IMG/VR virus record: IMGVR_UViG_3300020050_009209
Strand: one strand, 5' to 3'
Source: a virus
Lineage: Duplodnaviria; Caudoviricetes
Length of the DNA: 64,000 nucleotides
The position numbers and the translations under genes are program-made. This document shows positions 1 to 9,610 of this stretch, piece after piece. The notes under the pieces are model-generated. The model was not told the DNA's origin, ran no database searches, and saw only the letters and a program-made list of their open reading frames with translations. How positions within the stretch are numbered: the first letter of the stretch is position 1; the number at the start of each line of letters is the position of its first letter.

Positions 1-79
1 AGACTACACCGTTTTTCTCTAGCTCTGGGTTGAAAATCGGTGTAGAGGTAAAGGCTACCCCTTTAACCCAGAGCGTAAA

Positions 80-1276
80 ATGAAAAAAGAGCTACTAGTC
101 CCTACAAGTTGGTGGAACTCAACGAAGGCTACCGTCGTAGGTAACCTTGGACCGCTAGGTGGGATGCTACTTGACCAAGCGATGGCCTCAAAGGCTACCC
201 TGTACAGTGGACACTGCCAAGGCTTCCTGGAGCACCCAGACCTAGAAGAGGGTAAGAAGTACCTTCTCGAAGCTCTAGTAGAAAAGACCGGAGCCCACAC
301 CCCCTACACGGAAGGGCCGATTTTCGGCCGGGGCACCTTCGACACCTGGCTGACCTGGGATACTGGCGCCATTCAGCTGAAGATTGGGCTTGACAACAAG
401 TTGTCTGTTACTGTCTCCTGCTTGGACGAGAGCACTTACATGCTCGTTGCGGACACTCTTGGGGAGCACATCCTTCCAGACCATGTTCGACAGCCCGTGT
501 ACTCCCTCGCTGAAGGGCCTCAAGGAGTTGAAATCATTGAGGTTGGGTTGGCTGGGCAAGACTTCGAGGACGACAACTACGAAGCTGAAACGGTTGAGGG
601 TTTCTACTCAATTGCAGCTGAGCTTCAACGGGATAACCCTATCGGAAGGCTTGTTATCCTGGAGGGAAGCCCTGGTAGCGGTAAGACGTTCCTAGTTAGA
701 GGGCTCATCCATGAGGTGTTGGATGCCATCTTTGTGCTGGTCCCTCCGCACCTAGTAGACAGTCTTGCTGGCCCTCAGCTTGTACCCATGTTGGTCCGAG
801 CGAGGGGGATGGCTGGAACCAATCGCCCTATCGTACTGGTCATTGAGGACGCAGATAAGGCCCTTGTTCCACGAGATGAGGGGTCCCTTGCGGCAATTAG
901 TGCCTTGTTGAATGTGTCGGATGGCATCCTAGGCCATGCACTCAACATTCGGGTGCTTTGCACGACCAACGCTACGATCGACCAAATCGACTCGGCTCTT
1001 CTCCGACCTGGAAGGCTATCTCGACACCTCCATCTGGGGGATCTTAGTCCTGAGAAAGCTAAAGAGGTTTTCATACGGCTGACGAACGGAGAAAAGGGAG
1101 AGTTGGAGTTTGACAAGCCAACCTCGCTAGCTCAGGTGTACGAGACCATCAAGGCTCTTCAGATAATGGAAGACGATGAGGAAGACGAAGAAGAGGATGC
1201 GGGGGACGACGATGACGATGAGGATGAGGATGACGATGATGAGGATGACGACGAAGACGAGGATGACGACGAGTAA
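80..1276 (+). CDS. AAA+ ATPase with long Asp/Glu tail
   Basis: Walker A GSPGSGKT, Walker B LVIEDAD, SRH TTN...DSALLRPGRL; ~35-residue D/E tail. Confidence 0.85.
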   Translation: MKKELLVPTSWWNSTKATVVGNLGPLGGMLLDQAMASKATLYSGHCQGFLEHPDLEEGKKYLLEALVEKTGAHTPYTEGPIFGRGTFDTWLTWDTGAIQLKIGLDNKLSVTVSCLDESTYMLVADTLGEHILPDHVRQPVYSLAEGPQGVEIIEVGLAGQDFEDDNYEAETVEGFYSIAAELQRDNPIGRLVILEGSPGSGKTFLVRGLIHEVLDAIFVLVPPHLVDSLAGPQLVPMLVRARGMAGTNRPIVLVIEDADKALVPRDEGSLAAISALLNVSDGILGHALNIRVLCTTNATIDQIDSALLRPGRLSRHLHLGDLSPEKAKEVFIRLTNGEKGELEFDKPTSLAQVYETIKALQIMEDDEEDEEEDAGDDDDDEDEDDDDEDDDEDEDDDE

Positions 1277-1415
1277 CCAGTCTTGATCTGGAGAAAGCCT
1301 AGGTTCCGGGTCGCTGTATGGGTAAGTGTCAGTGTTATTGCACTGACACTTACCGTAAATGTGGCCTTCGAGTTGATACGTTGGGTGTCTAGCACAGCGC
1401 AAAGTAAGGACGTAC

Positions 1416-1706
1416 GTGAAGCCCACTGACATGACAATTCTTAGGGCGCTCCTGGATGCTGGGAAGAAGAACCTATCCACAGCTGAGGCAAAAGCCTTCA
1501 AGGGCATGCTATTTGACTTGGAAGGGGGAAAGTACATTCGACTGTCCAAGTCTCAACGAGAGTGGGCGGAGAAGAAGTACTATGGTTTACAACTTGACCG
1601 CGTGTATCGCGACACTCCACCCCCTCCTGTAGTGTCCGTAAAACCTAAGACTCCCACCGTGTATGCTTGGGAGCAGAATAAAGTCCTTAAGCCTCCTGGA
1701 CGGTAG
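1416..1706 (+). CDS. hypothetical protein
   Basis: ORF abuts the next gene (stop 1706, start 1707). Confidence 0.6.
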   Translation: MKPTDMTILRALLDAGKKNLSTAEAKAFKGMLFDLEGGKYIRLSKSQREWAEKKYYGLQLDRVYRDTPPPPVVSVKPKTPTVYAWEQNKVLKPPGR

Positions 1707-2624
1707 ATGCTCATTCAATTTGACCGCCCCAATCTGCGAATTGACTCTAGCCGGTACCCTCAACACTTGGTACTCATACTTCTGAGTCGGAATCTCACGC
1801 CAACAAGTGTAACTTGTGAGCTTGACTCTTTTGACCAGCTGTTAGCCCCAACTAGAGTCCACTACCTAGATGGAGATCAGCGTATCATAAGAGCTACGTC
1901 AGATAATGGCCTACAGGTGTCCGAGTACGCAGTTTCATTTGAGTCACTGTACGATCCAGACACTAGAAGGCGGCGCCAGCCTCTGGAGTTCAGGTTAAGA
2001 GTCGACTCTCTCTACCTAGAGGACCGAGCTTACCACACAAGGCATGTCGAACTTAACGTAACTTTCCCCTTAGTAGGTGGAGTTGGGACTCTGACTCTAA
2101 ACCCCACCGCTGGGTTTCAATACGACATAGCATCTTCAATAGAGTTACGCCCACCCAACATCGTACAGTTGTGCGACTCGACCGAGATCCTCACTAGTTA
2201 CCGTAGGACTCACGCAGGAAGGGTGCGAAGTCCTGAGGCACACACTCTACGTGATTGGCGAATTGCTAATCCTCAACTCAGTCAGCTAGACTTAGATAGC
2301 GTGCACAGCAGCTTCATCCCTGAGGCTCCCACGGTTTCCGTCAATTTCCCGTCGCTCGAACAAATTGAGAATGCAGTAACTACATTAACCACTAGCCAGC
2401 TCTCGACACTACTAGCCATTGACCCAGAGCAGGCTATTGACCTGGAGCGAGAGCGAGAGTTGCTGAGGGAAGAACTTAACCCAAAGGTAGCCCCCCAAGT
2501 GCCAACGAGTCGATTCGTTCGACCTAACCTAGACACGGACGAATTACTACCGTCTGATGCTAGCTTGGATCAGTCGCCTCCAAAGAGCAGTCTTTCCGGG
2601 GAGGGCAAGAGGGAAGGAGACTGA
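1707..2624 (+). CDS. hypothetical protein
   Basis: 305-aa ORF; VPTSRFVRP near the C-terminus. Confidence 0.65.
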   Translation: MLIQFDRPNLRIDSSRYPQHLVLILLSRNLTPTSVTCELDSFDQLLAPTRVHYLDGDQRIIRATSDNGLQVSEYAVSFESLYDPDTRRRRQPLEFRLRVDSLYLEDRAYHTRHVELNVTFPLVGGVGTLTLNPTAGFQYDIASSIELRPPNIVQLCDSTEILTSYRRTHAGRVRSPEAHTLRDWRIANPQLSQLDLDSVHSSFIPEAPTVSVNFPSLEQIENAVTTLTTSQLSTLLAIDPEQAIDLERERELLREELNPKVAPQVPTSRFVRPNLDTDELLPSDASLDQSPPKSSLSGEGKREGD

Positions 2625-3101
2625 AAGTTTCTCATCCCCTGTGTCCCCACCCCAAAACACGACTTCGTATGCAGTCCAGTCGATGGGCCCAAAAGTCACA
2701 TCCTTGTCGGCCTTTGGTGCGTAACTTAGGGTTACATGTGGCTTGTACACAGGGAAGTTCTTGTTGTATTCGACCCCTGCCTTGTCTAGGGACTTCTTGA
2801 GACTTGCATGTAACTCGTGAAGCTCTGGAGAGGTTACTGGGCAGATGATAGGGACAACATCCTTGTCTTCTCCCTTAGGGAAAGAGGAAACACGGTCTAA
2901 CTCTACCGAGAAGGGTTTCGTCTTAGAGACTACCTCGTAGATGGCCACAATAATGGGTCCTACATCATCGATGGGGAGGTCCTTACCGGTCACAAAAAGG
3001 GTGATGTGGTAGTGATTGATCGGCTCCTTGTCTCCAGGTACGCTCAGACCTGTAAGAAGCCTACCCACCTCTAGTGGTACTCGTAACCCGATAAAGCTCA
3101 T
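2547..3101 (-). CDS. 2H phosphoesterase (2'-5' RNA ligase / Acb1-like)
   Basis: Two HxT motifs (YHITL, PHVTL) about 90 aa apart; start chosen at MSFIG. Confidence 0.8.
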   Translation of the reverse strand: MSFIGLRVPLEVGRLLTGLSVPGDKEPINHYHITLFVTGKDLPIDDVGPIIVAIYEVVSKTKPFSVELDRVSSFPKGEDKDVVPIICPVTSPELHELHASLKKSLDKAGVEYNKNFPVYKPHVTLSYAPKADKDVTFGPIDWTAYEVVFWGGDTGDEKLSVSFPLALPGKTALWRRLIQASIRR

Positions 3102-3368
3102 ACTACCCCCTGAGCATAACATGAAACGTCACTCAAGTCCCGCTCTCCGGTGTATGAGTCTAAGTGGTGTACCGGTCCTCCTACCTTCCTAATTTGACTC
3201 CCAAACGGCAGTGGTTACGAAGTTTATGCTGGATCTTTGGACATAGGTGGGTTACTACTCGTGAGCAATTTAGCGCACTGCAAGCTATCCACCCACTTGC
3301 AAGATGCGATGCCTACTGTACTCGGTGTAGTTACACTTGGCTAGACTATGAAAAAGGGGACTCGACGA

Positions 3369-3989
3369 ATGGTTGATCGGATTGAAGTGGGCGATAGGGT
3401 TCGTAGTAATGTTGCATTTGACCCCTTGGTTCACGAGGGAATCGTGCAAAGCATCAGTCTGGGTTATACGAGTCAAGGCCCTGCCCCCATCCTAAGGATC
3501 AAAGTAGATATGAAGGATGGTGTGGCACTCGACCCAACGCACACCTTTGAGTCTGCTGCGATTCTGTGGGGTAAGGTTCAAGACGACTCGACTACGAAAG
3601 ATTGGGACAAACCTGTGAAGTCAGACATCTGTGAGACTTGTGGGATATCCCACTCAAAGGGGCCGTTTACCCCAGAGATGCTTGACCTGTTCGATCGATG
3701 GCAGCAAGCTCTCGAAGCAGACCAAGAGGTCATTCTACTTGAGCTTGTCGATAGGTTCAGGGACCACATGACCCCCATGGATACCTCAGTTCCAGACAGC
3801 GTACATAAGCTACTGGCCAAGGCAGATGCAGCAGACGAAAAAGCTAGGCATAGTCGCATTGCCATTGGTCGAGTGCTCGTTCACAACCTGAAGGAGATGG
3901 CGAATCAGAGCAAGTTGGAGCGCCAACTCTTGAGTGCCTTGCTACCTAAAACTCAAGCTCCGAAAAAAGAAGAGGGGAGCTTGAATTGA
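3369..3989 (+). CDS. hypothetical protein, SH3/KOW-like N-terminus
   Basis: IEVGDRVR N-terminus; CxxC; overlaps next ORF. Confidence 0.6.
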   Translation: MVDRIEVGDRVRSNVAFDPLVHEGIVQSISLGYTSQGPAPILRIKVDMKDGVALDPTHTFESAAILWGKVQDDSTTKDWDKPVKSDICETCGISHSKGPFTPEMLDLFDRWQQALEADQEVILLELVDRFRDHMTPMDTSVPDSVHKLLAKADAADEKARHSRIAIGRVLVHNLKEMANQSKLERQLLSALLPKTQAPKKEEGSLN

Positions 3990-4246
3990 CCCTGCTTCCA
4001 GATGCTCTAGTAGTTGACCCTTCCCCTGAAGTCCATCGCTCCCTCCACCTAGACCTAGATGAAATAGAGACCTTCGATAAGGATATCTCTGCTCTTAGGG
4101 AAGTGGCTCAACAGCACGAGCTAGAGGTTGATAGGTTGAAGATCATCCTACGGGCACTCTACGACCGCATCAATGAGCATAGAGATGCTAGGGGTGAGAA
4201 AGTCAAGACCCTTATTCTAAAGTTGAAGCAGGTAGCTAGCAAATGA
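3986..4246 (+). CDS. hypothetical coiled-coil protein
   Basis: 4-nt overlaps with both neighbours. Confidence 0.6.
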   Translation: MTLLPDALVVDPSPEVHRSLHLDLDEIETFDKDISALREVAQQHELEVDRLKIILRALYDRINEHRDARGEKVKTLILKLKQVASK

Positions 4247-4494
4247 AGATACCAGCCCCTGGCTTTCCCGGCCCACCTAACTCCGCCAGATCCTGGTCCT
4301 TGAGGGAGAGCTACATGCTCTACAGCTCAGGATTTAGAGACGGAGCAAGCACAAAGGCAATGCGTTCCAATTGTAAGGGGGCTCTCCCTTACGACCAAGG
4401 CTATGCCGATGGGCAAAAAGCATACCAAAGCGCAGTAGGATCCTACTGCAAGGCCATAGGGCATACGCCCTCGATTCTCAGGACGACCGAGTAG
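4243..4494 (+). CDS. hypothetical protein
   Basis: ATGA overlap; YxxG[FY]xDG occurs twice. Confidence 0.6.
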   Translation: MKIPAPGFPGPPNSARSWSLRESYMLYSSGFRDGASTKAMRSNCKGALPYDQGYADGQKAYQSAVGSYCKAIGHTPSILRTTE

Positions 4495-4532
4495 GTAAGT
4501 TGGAGCGTCAACCAACTCTTAGGAAAAGCCCC

Positions 4533-5285
4533 ATGCCCAAAGATCCAGCTCCAGTAGAGGCTACAGTAGTTATTGTCATCTACTGCCACATACATCGAGA
4601 GTCTGGAAAAAGGTACGTTGGGCAGACCCGTCTAACGATGCGACGACGATGGCTGCAACACCTTGGTTGTGTCCGTCGTGGCTCTACTTACTTTTTTCAC
4701 GCAGCAATCCGTAAGTATGGTGCTGACGCGTTTGATCACATCGTGCTTGAGGGAGTTGACTCTGAAAAGGCCGCCAACGAGGCCGAGAAACGTTGGATTA
4801 CGCTATACAAGTCCAACAATAGTGCGTTTGGGTACAATCTACATTCGGGGGGTGGAGGAGCAGCAAGAGATCCAAGCCCAGAAGGGGGACTGCGACGATC
4901 TCTTATCGCAAAAGCACGCGAAGCAGCTATGACCCCCGAGCAGAAAACAGCTCGGGCAATGCGTGGTCTTGCAGGTCTGTCGCCAGAGCAACGCAGCGAA
5001 ATTGCTCGGCGACGTGAAGCCAATAGGACCCCAGAAGCACGCTCACGGAGCATGCGACATGCCCGTCAAGCTCAAAACCCAAAACCCAGGAAAGAGCCTA
5101 CACCTCGCAAACTATTAACGCCGGAACAGCGTAGAGAAGCGATCCTATTGCGTGAGGCAAGGAAAACGCCGGAACAACGCAGTGAGGCTGTAAGAAAAGG
5201 TCACGCAAAGCGAACACCGGAAGCCAAAACCGCTGCCGTACAGAGAATGGTTGAAGCTAAACGCAAGGCACTCAAGATCGGATGA
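4533..5285 (+). CDS. GIY-YIG homing endonuclease, free-standing
   Basis: VIY...RYVGQT...R..QH, EKRWI, GYN motifs; C-terminal [TS]PE[QA]R/K basic repeats. Confidence 0.85.
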   Translation: MPKDPAPVEATVVIVIYCHIHRESGKRYVGQTRLTMRRRWLQHLGCVRRGSTYFFHAAIRKYGADAFDHIVLEGVDSEKAANEAEKRWITLYKSNNSAFGYNLHSGGGGAARDPSPEGGLRRSLIAKAREAAMTPEQKTARAMRGLAGLSPEQRSEIARRREANRTPEARSRSMRHARQAQNPKPRKEPTPRKLLTPEQRREAILLREARKTPEQRSEAVRKGHAKRTPEAKTAAVQRMVEAKRKALKIG

Positions 5286-5333
5286 CTCCCTTCCTCTTAC
5301 CCTGACTTACGGAACTGAGAAGGGATCATACCT

Positions 5334-5364
5334 GAAGGGGCGGATGCTTAGCATTCGCCCCTTC
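5334..5364. terminator. hairpin between convergent genes
   Basis: GAAGGGGCGGATGC-tta-GCATTCGCCCCTTC. Confidence 0.55.
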
Positions 5365-5412
5365 TCGTTATCCAGTACCGAAATCCTAGCCGTCCAAACT
5401 TCAAGAGGAGGC

Positions 5413-5892
5413 TTAGAATCGATCATAGCGAGATTTAGGGGTGGCGTGTCTCACTGCCTCGATTATCCTGAGGCACTTGGCCTTATCTAGAAAGCCTATC
5501 CTTAGGTAGTCCTGTGGCACACCTAAGAGGGTGTGAATCTCCCCATACTCACACTTACTCCTATCCCAGAAGGTATGCATAGCCTCATACGCTTGATGCC
5601 GTAGCTTTCGCGTCTCAGCGTTTGCAGGAAACCCTAGTGGTTTGGCAGAACGATTACAAGAGAGGGACCCCTTACACTGAGTCTCTCTCCAATTGACGCA
5701 ACCGTAGAAAATGCCGAACTTACTGTCCTTCAGGATGAGCAGTGCTCCACAGTCTGGACACTCCAGGTCATACCTTTGCTTTGGGTAGGTTTGAGCCAGT
5801 ACTTCCCGACTGGTCAACCTCCTGGGGACCTCGAATGGAAAGGGGTCCTCAGAGGTTAGCGCTAACCCAATAGAGTTGTCGTCAAATGCCAT
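5413..5892 (-). CDS. C4 zinc-ribbon protein (topoisomerase zinc finger / DUF3268-like)
   Basis: CPDCG..L.LK.SKFG.FYGC..W...C, then PLG.PA..E.R.LR..A. Confidence 0.7.
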   Translation of the reverse strand: MAFDDNSIGLALTSEDPFPFEVPRRLTSREVLAQTYPKQRYDLECPDCGALLILKDSKFGIFYGCVNWRETQCKGSLSCNRSAKPLGFPANAETRKLRHQAYEAMHTFWDRSKCEYGEIHTLLGVPQDYLRIGFLDKAKCLRIIEAVRHATPKSRYDRF

Positions 5893-6361
5893 TGGACCCT
5901 GGTACGAGTTGAAATGTAGTCGGGGGTAGAAACTCTGCCAAGCTCTCTTGAGTGTACCCTAAGCTCATCCAACGGTCAGGTGGGGCCAGTTTCTTCCAAT
6001 TGGTAATTGGAGCGCATCGAATTGCGGTCAACCAAAATTGCAGTAGAGCCCCTGCCCGCTTCACTTGGACGTACTTACGGTCTGGCAGTAGTTTCTGGTG
6101 CAGCGCCCTACCGAGATGTTCTACCCGTGCCAGAATCAGACTTGAGTCGGGAGTGAAGACTAGAGTGGGGTGGAAGGTTGGGTGGTACTTTCGCACCTCT
6201 AAGGACTGAGCCATGCCGTAGATGAGAGTTGCGTCCACTATCTCTACGTCTGGATTAGCTGAAGAAACCCCTCGTGCGTGAGGGTTGGTGTATAGAGTTT
6301 GCTGCCCCTGTGTAGGAGAAACTCTAAGTAGCAAGTTGTGTACCTCAAGGGGGGAGACCAT
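5882..6361 (-). CDS. hypothetical protein
   Basis: ORF preceded by the CGGTGTAG motif. Confidence 0.6.
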   Translation of the reverse strand: MVSPLEVHNLLLRVSPTQGQQTLYTNPHARGVSSANPDVEIVDATLIYGMAQSLEVRKYHPTFHPTLVFTPDSSLILARVEHLGRALHQKLLPDRKYVQVKRAGALLQFWLTAIRCAPITNWKKLAPPDRWMSLGYTQESLAEFLPPTTFQLVPGSNGI

Positions 6362-6541
6362 ATCTACAAACTACACCGCTGGGGAGGGCATGCACTTAAA
6401 ATTTGAACTCACCTCCAAGATGAGGTACAAGTCAGGCTCTTAATTTTCGGACTGCACTTAGACTAACAAACCTATTGGTAGCTAGTCGACCACTAATCTG
6501 GCCGACTTTTACTGCTACCTTAACTCGAAAGGGATACTGTT

Positions 6542-7192
6542 TTGGATATCGTAATTGCTTGGATCGTGGCCCTCATTATCTCCTCTGCCCCTCCTGGACG
6601 TACTCAGTACTTCCCGGACGCAAAGGAAACTGAGGCTGAGACCCTTACGCGGTACAATGAGATTGCTAGAGACGTCATGGAGGTGGTCTATGACCGAAAT
6701 GAACGTCCTCTTTTTTCTGGCCCTTACGGCAGAGCTAACACTGTAACCGTAGTACTTGCTGTAATGACCTACGAGTCCCATTTCCGCAAGGATGTGGACC
6801 TAGGTGTAGGTAAGTTCTCGAAGGGTGACGGCGGGAGGTCCTGGGGCCTCATGCAAGTCAACCTAGGTGCTGGCAGAATCGAATTGGTGACAGCTAGTCC
6901 AGGGTTTGCGTTCACCTCCGACCCTAACCGAGGGTGGAGTGGAGAGGACCTTGTTCGGGATCGAAAAAAGGGCGTGCGAGCTGGTCTTGCAATTCTGCGA
7001 TCCTCCTTTGCCTGCGGTAAGCCAGACCTTGAAAAACTGAACGCTTACGCTTCAGGTAAGTGTGATAGTGGTCAGGCTGAAAGCAAAACTAGAATGGGTC
7101 TAGCGTTGCTATGGCAAACTACTCGTAGACCGTCCTTCACAGATAATGATGTGTTGCGATGGCTTACACAACCAGTAAGGAGCCCCGAATGA
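6542..7192 (+). CDS. secreted lysozyme/SLT-like transglycosylase
   Basis: Hydrophobic N-terminus; YES catalytic Glu motif; GxSWGLMQV; LNAY. Confidence 0.7.
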   Translation: MDIVIAWIVALIISSAPPGRTQYFPDAKETEAETLTRYNEIARDVMEVVYDRNERPLFSGPYGRANTVTVVLAVMTYESHFRKDVDLGVGKFSKGDGGRSWGLMQVNLGAGRIELVTASPGFAFTSDPNRGWSGEDLVRDRKKGVRAGLAILRSSFACGKPDLEKLNAYASGKCDSGQAESKTRMGLALLWQTTRRPSFTDNDVLRWLTQPVRSPE

Positions 7193-7677
7193 CGACTCAC
7201 CTATCAAAGCATGAGATCAAGGACCTCAAAGAGCGAATCCACGCTACCAATGGTAATGGCGCAAATATCGGTAGAGCCAACGACTACCTGCTTCGCCTTA
7301 TCAATGAGGTAGAGGAACTCAGAGATCGCGTCTCACGTCCTCGCTCCCTATGTGGCGTACTGCGTGTAGGGGAAATGACTGTAAAGAAGGCCCCCAAAGT
7401 AGAAGAGACCTTGACGGTTGTTGAGGAGAAGGTGCAAGTAACTGAGCTTGTAGCTAATCTAATCGAAGTAGAGGTTCCAGTTCTTGAGGATTTCCCCATA
7501 GTGGCTTCTCAAAAGCCAGAGATTACGACAGTAGAAGTACCAGCTCCTGCGGATTTCGTCGTAGTGGCTCCTCAGGAGCCAGAGTCTCACTCAAGTGAAC
7601 CTCTTCCCGAGACTCCTGAGGTCCATGAAGAGCCTCAGGAGGAGGTACGAGGTAAGGGGAAGAAGAAGGGTAAGTAA
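7189..7677 (+). CDS. hypothetical Glu/Pro-rich protein
   Basis: ATGA overlap with upstream gene; AGGAG SD. Confidence 0.65.
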   Translation: MTTHLSKHEIKDLKERIHATNGNGANIGRANDYLLRLINEVEELRDRVSRPRSLCGVLRVGEMTVKKAPKVEETLTVVEEKVQVTELVANLIEVEVPVLEDFPIVASQKPEITTVEVPAPADFVVVAPQEPESHSSEPLPETPEVHEEPQEEVRGKGKKKGK

Positions 7678-7679
7678 CC

Positions 7680-8534
7680 CTATTCTTCTCGCTTGAGGGC
7701 CTCATCTAACAAGGCTTGCTTTGTTTTGGGGCCCACGACTCCATCTGGAGTTAGGTCGTGTGCTAGCTGAAATTGCTGAATGGCATTCTTGGTTTTTGGG
7801 CCAAGAATGCCATCGGCTGATCCTAGATCGAACCCCTCAGCTATCAGCTCTCGCTGCCATTGTGCAACGTCCTCAAAGTCAGCTAGGGTGAGCTTTGGCG
7901 GAGTCACACTAGGGTCGGAGAGTCCCATCACGTCCTCATAGGCAGTAGAGCCCATGAAGGCCTTGAATGAGGGTCGCATCCCATTCGCATAAGCACTAGC
8001 GTCAGCTGTAAAGTAGCCTTTAGCTCTAAGGCATACTGCAAACTCATCACAATCTCCGACGAGGACTCCCTTAGTCCACCCTTCAGCATAGCGCTTCTTC
8101 AAGAAGCGTACATGGTCTCTCATGGCCTCGTTCAAAGAAGCGAATGCCCGAAACCTAGTCTGAGGGTGTGGGGGCTTGAAGATAATCGAAACCCTCCCTG
8201 GACCTACAGCTTTCGCGTGGTCTTCGCTAGGATCTGCGACTGCCTCTCCGTTGGCAATCAACCGAGCAGCTTCTGCTGGGTTGAACCCTTCCCATACGCC
8301 ATTCAGGTACTGGTAGTCGTAGCCGTCTCCAGCTACTTTCTTGACGTTACCAATATTCCAGTTCCAGCACGCCCTGTTGCCAGTCTCGACCATGTATTGG
8401 GCCCAGAGGACTCCAATACTCGCCTTCGATGGAACTCCCTCTTCCACCAGGCTCCAAGCATCTACGACAGCTTGGACGTAGAGTTGTGGGGTTAGTTTTG
8501 TAGCAAGCTTAGGGACAAGTTGGTTGGACGCCAT
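7680..8534 (-). CDS. endolysin-like: glucosaminidase/FlgJ-like domain plus PG-binding domain
   Basis: AQ..VETG, NWNIGNVK, FRAF.S, GYFTA...Y; C-terminal DGILGPKT..AI..FQ..L..DGVVGPKT. Confidence 0.8.
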   Translation of the reverse strand: MASNQLVPKLATKLTPQLYVQAVVDAWSLVEEGVPSKASIGVLWAQYMVETGNRACWNWNIGNVKKVAGDGYDYQYLNGVWEGFNPAEAARLIANGEAVADPSEDHAKAVGPGRVSIIFKPPHPQTRFRAFASLNEAMRDHVRFLKKRYAEGWTKGVLVGDCDEFAVCLRAKGYFTADASAYANGMRPSFKAFMGSTAYEDVMGLSDPSVTPPKLTLADFEDVAQWQRELIAEGFDLGSADGILGPKTKNAIQQFQLAHDLTPDGVVGPKTKQALLDEALKREE

Positions 8535-8563
8535 ACCAACTTGTCCCTATAAGAAGGTTAGCT

Positions 8564-9268
8564 TTACCAGGTAACCTTAGACGCTAGCCCGCCTGCGAAC
8601 GGCTTCCCCGGTGTGGTCAAAGGGGTATCAGACGTTCTATCCAAGTAGTCTTTGATCACCTGAGGAATCCCCCCGCTAACCAAAGACTGAGCAGACCTCC
8701 TCAGGAAGTCGAAGTCCCCCTCCCCAACTTCAAGTGTAAGATCCACGGGTATCGTTGCCATCTCCACCTCAGAGCTGTGGGTATCGGCAGACTTGGGTAG
8801 GTCTAAACGTACGATCTTGATCGTGTGAGCCCCAATTCGCTTCAAGGCTTTGGCTTCATTGATGAACCGGGTATCTGGGATAAGAACCTGGGGAGTACCG
8901 TGGACCTCCTGAATGAGCATCTGAATCCAGAAGTCATCCTGGGCTCGCCTCACGTACTCAGTACCCAAATACTGAAGGACTTCTCGTGGATTGGTAGCCA
9001 CCTTACCAGCTGCTAGTAGAGGCAAACTTGACTCTTTGCGCATCTGCTCAAGATAGATATCCATCTCGATTGGCTGGCTGAGTGGGACCTCTTTGAAGTC
9101 TTGGTTGTATAGCTGGTCGTGCGTCAAGCCAAACACTCGACCTGCCATCTCCTTAAGCGACTTCGCGAAGTGGGTGATCTTGAAGTTCGGGTTAGCCTCC
9201 TGGACAAGCTTGGCAAACGTATCCTTCCCGTGCCCCTTGTTACCTAGAATCCCGTACACCTCTGACAT
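8564..9268 (-). CDS. deoxynucleoside monophosphate kinase
   Basis: G.KGHGKDT P-loop, FA..LK, R.VLQ.LGTE, DTRF.NE, HSSE (T4 gp1-type motifs). Confidence 0.85.
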   Translation of the reverse strand: MSEVYGILGNKGHGKDTFAKLVQEANPNFKITHFAKSLKEMAGRVFGLTHDQLYNQDFKEVPLSQPIEMDIYLEQMRKESSLPLLAAGKVATNPREVLQYLGTEYVRRAQDDFWIQMLIQEVHGTPQVLIPDTRFINEAKALKRIGAHTIKIVRLDLPKSADTHSSEVEMATIPVDLTLEVGEGDFDFLRRSAQSLVSGGIPQVIKDYLDRTSDTPLTTPGKPFAGGLASKVTW

Positions 9269-9610
9269 TTACTTGGTCTCCAGTACTTGCTTGTAGATAG
9301 GCCCTAGTACCCTGGACACAGCGGTTCGGTAAGCCTCAACAATTGCTTGAACCGCACCGGCTAACGTTGAGTAACGAGTTTGGTCCAACGCATCATAGCC
9401 GACCTTTGATGTAGCTGCAACCTCATACTCCCTACCTATCTGAGTGATTGCAAAGCCATTCGTGTAGACACGAGGCTCACCCTCAGAGGGATCTGAAAGT
9501 GAGGTGCCCCCGTGAATTCGAAGTGGCTCTGAGCTAACCAATCTTGAGGCTAAACCAGCAGCTGCAAGCCGTCTAGCAGCCGCAAGCCGTTCTCGCATGG
9601 AGGGCGTCAT
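9269..9610 (-). CDS. hypothetical protein
   Basis: Operonic ORF with Arg/Ala-rich N-terminus. Confidence 0.55.
   Translation of the reverse strand: MTPSMRERLAAARRLAAAGLASRLVSSEPLRIHGGTSLSDPSEGEPRVYTNGFAITQIGREYEVAATSKVGYDALDQTRYSTLAGAVQAIVEAYRTAVSRVLGPIYKQVLETK

Noticed and set aside
1159-1437. Poly-Ser ORF on the minus strand
   Set aside because: Antisense shadow of the GAY/GAR acidic tail of the AAA ATPase
4475-5325. Group I intron or long-range pairing around the GIY-YIG gene
   Set aside because: Short flank complementarity exists, but a local hairpin at 5282-5329 competes; no P7 core and no interrupted host gene
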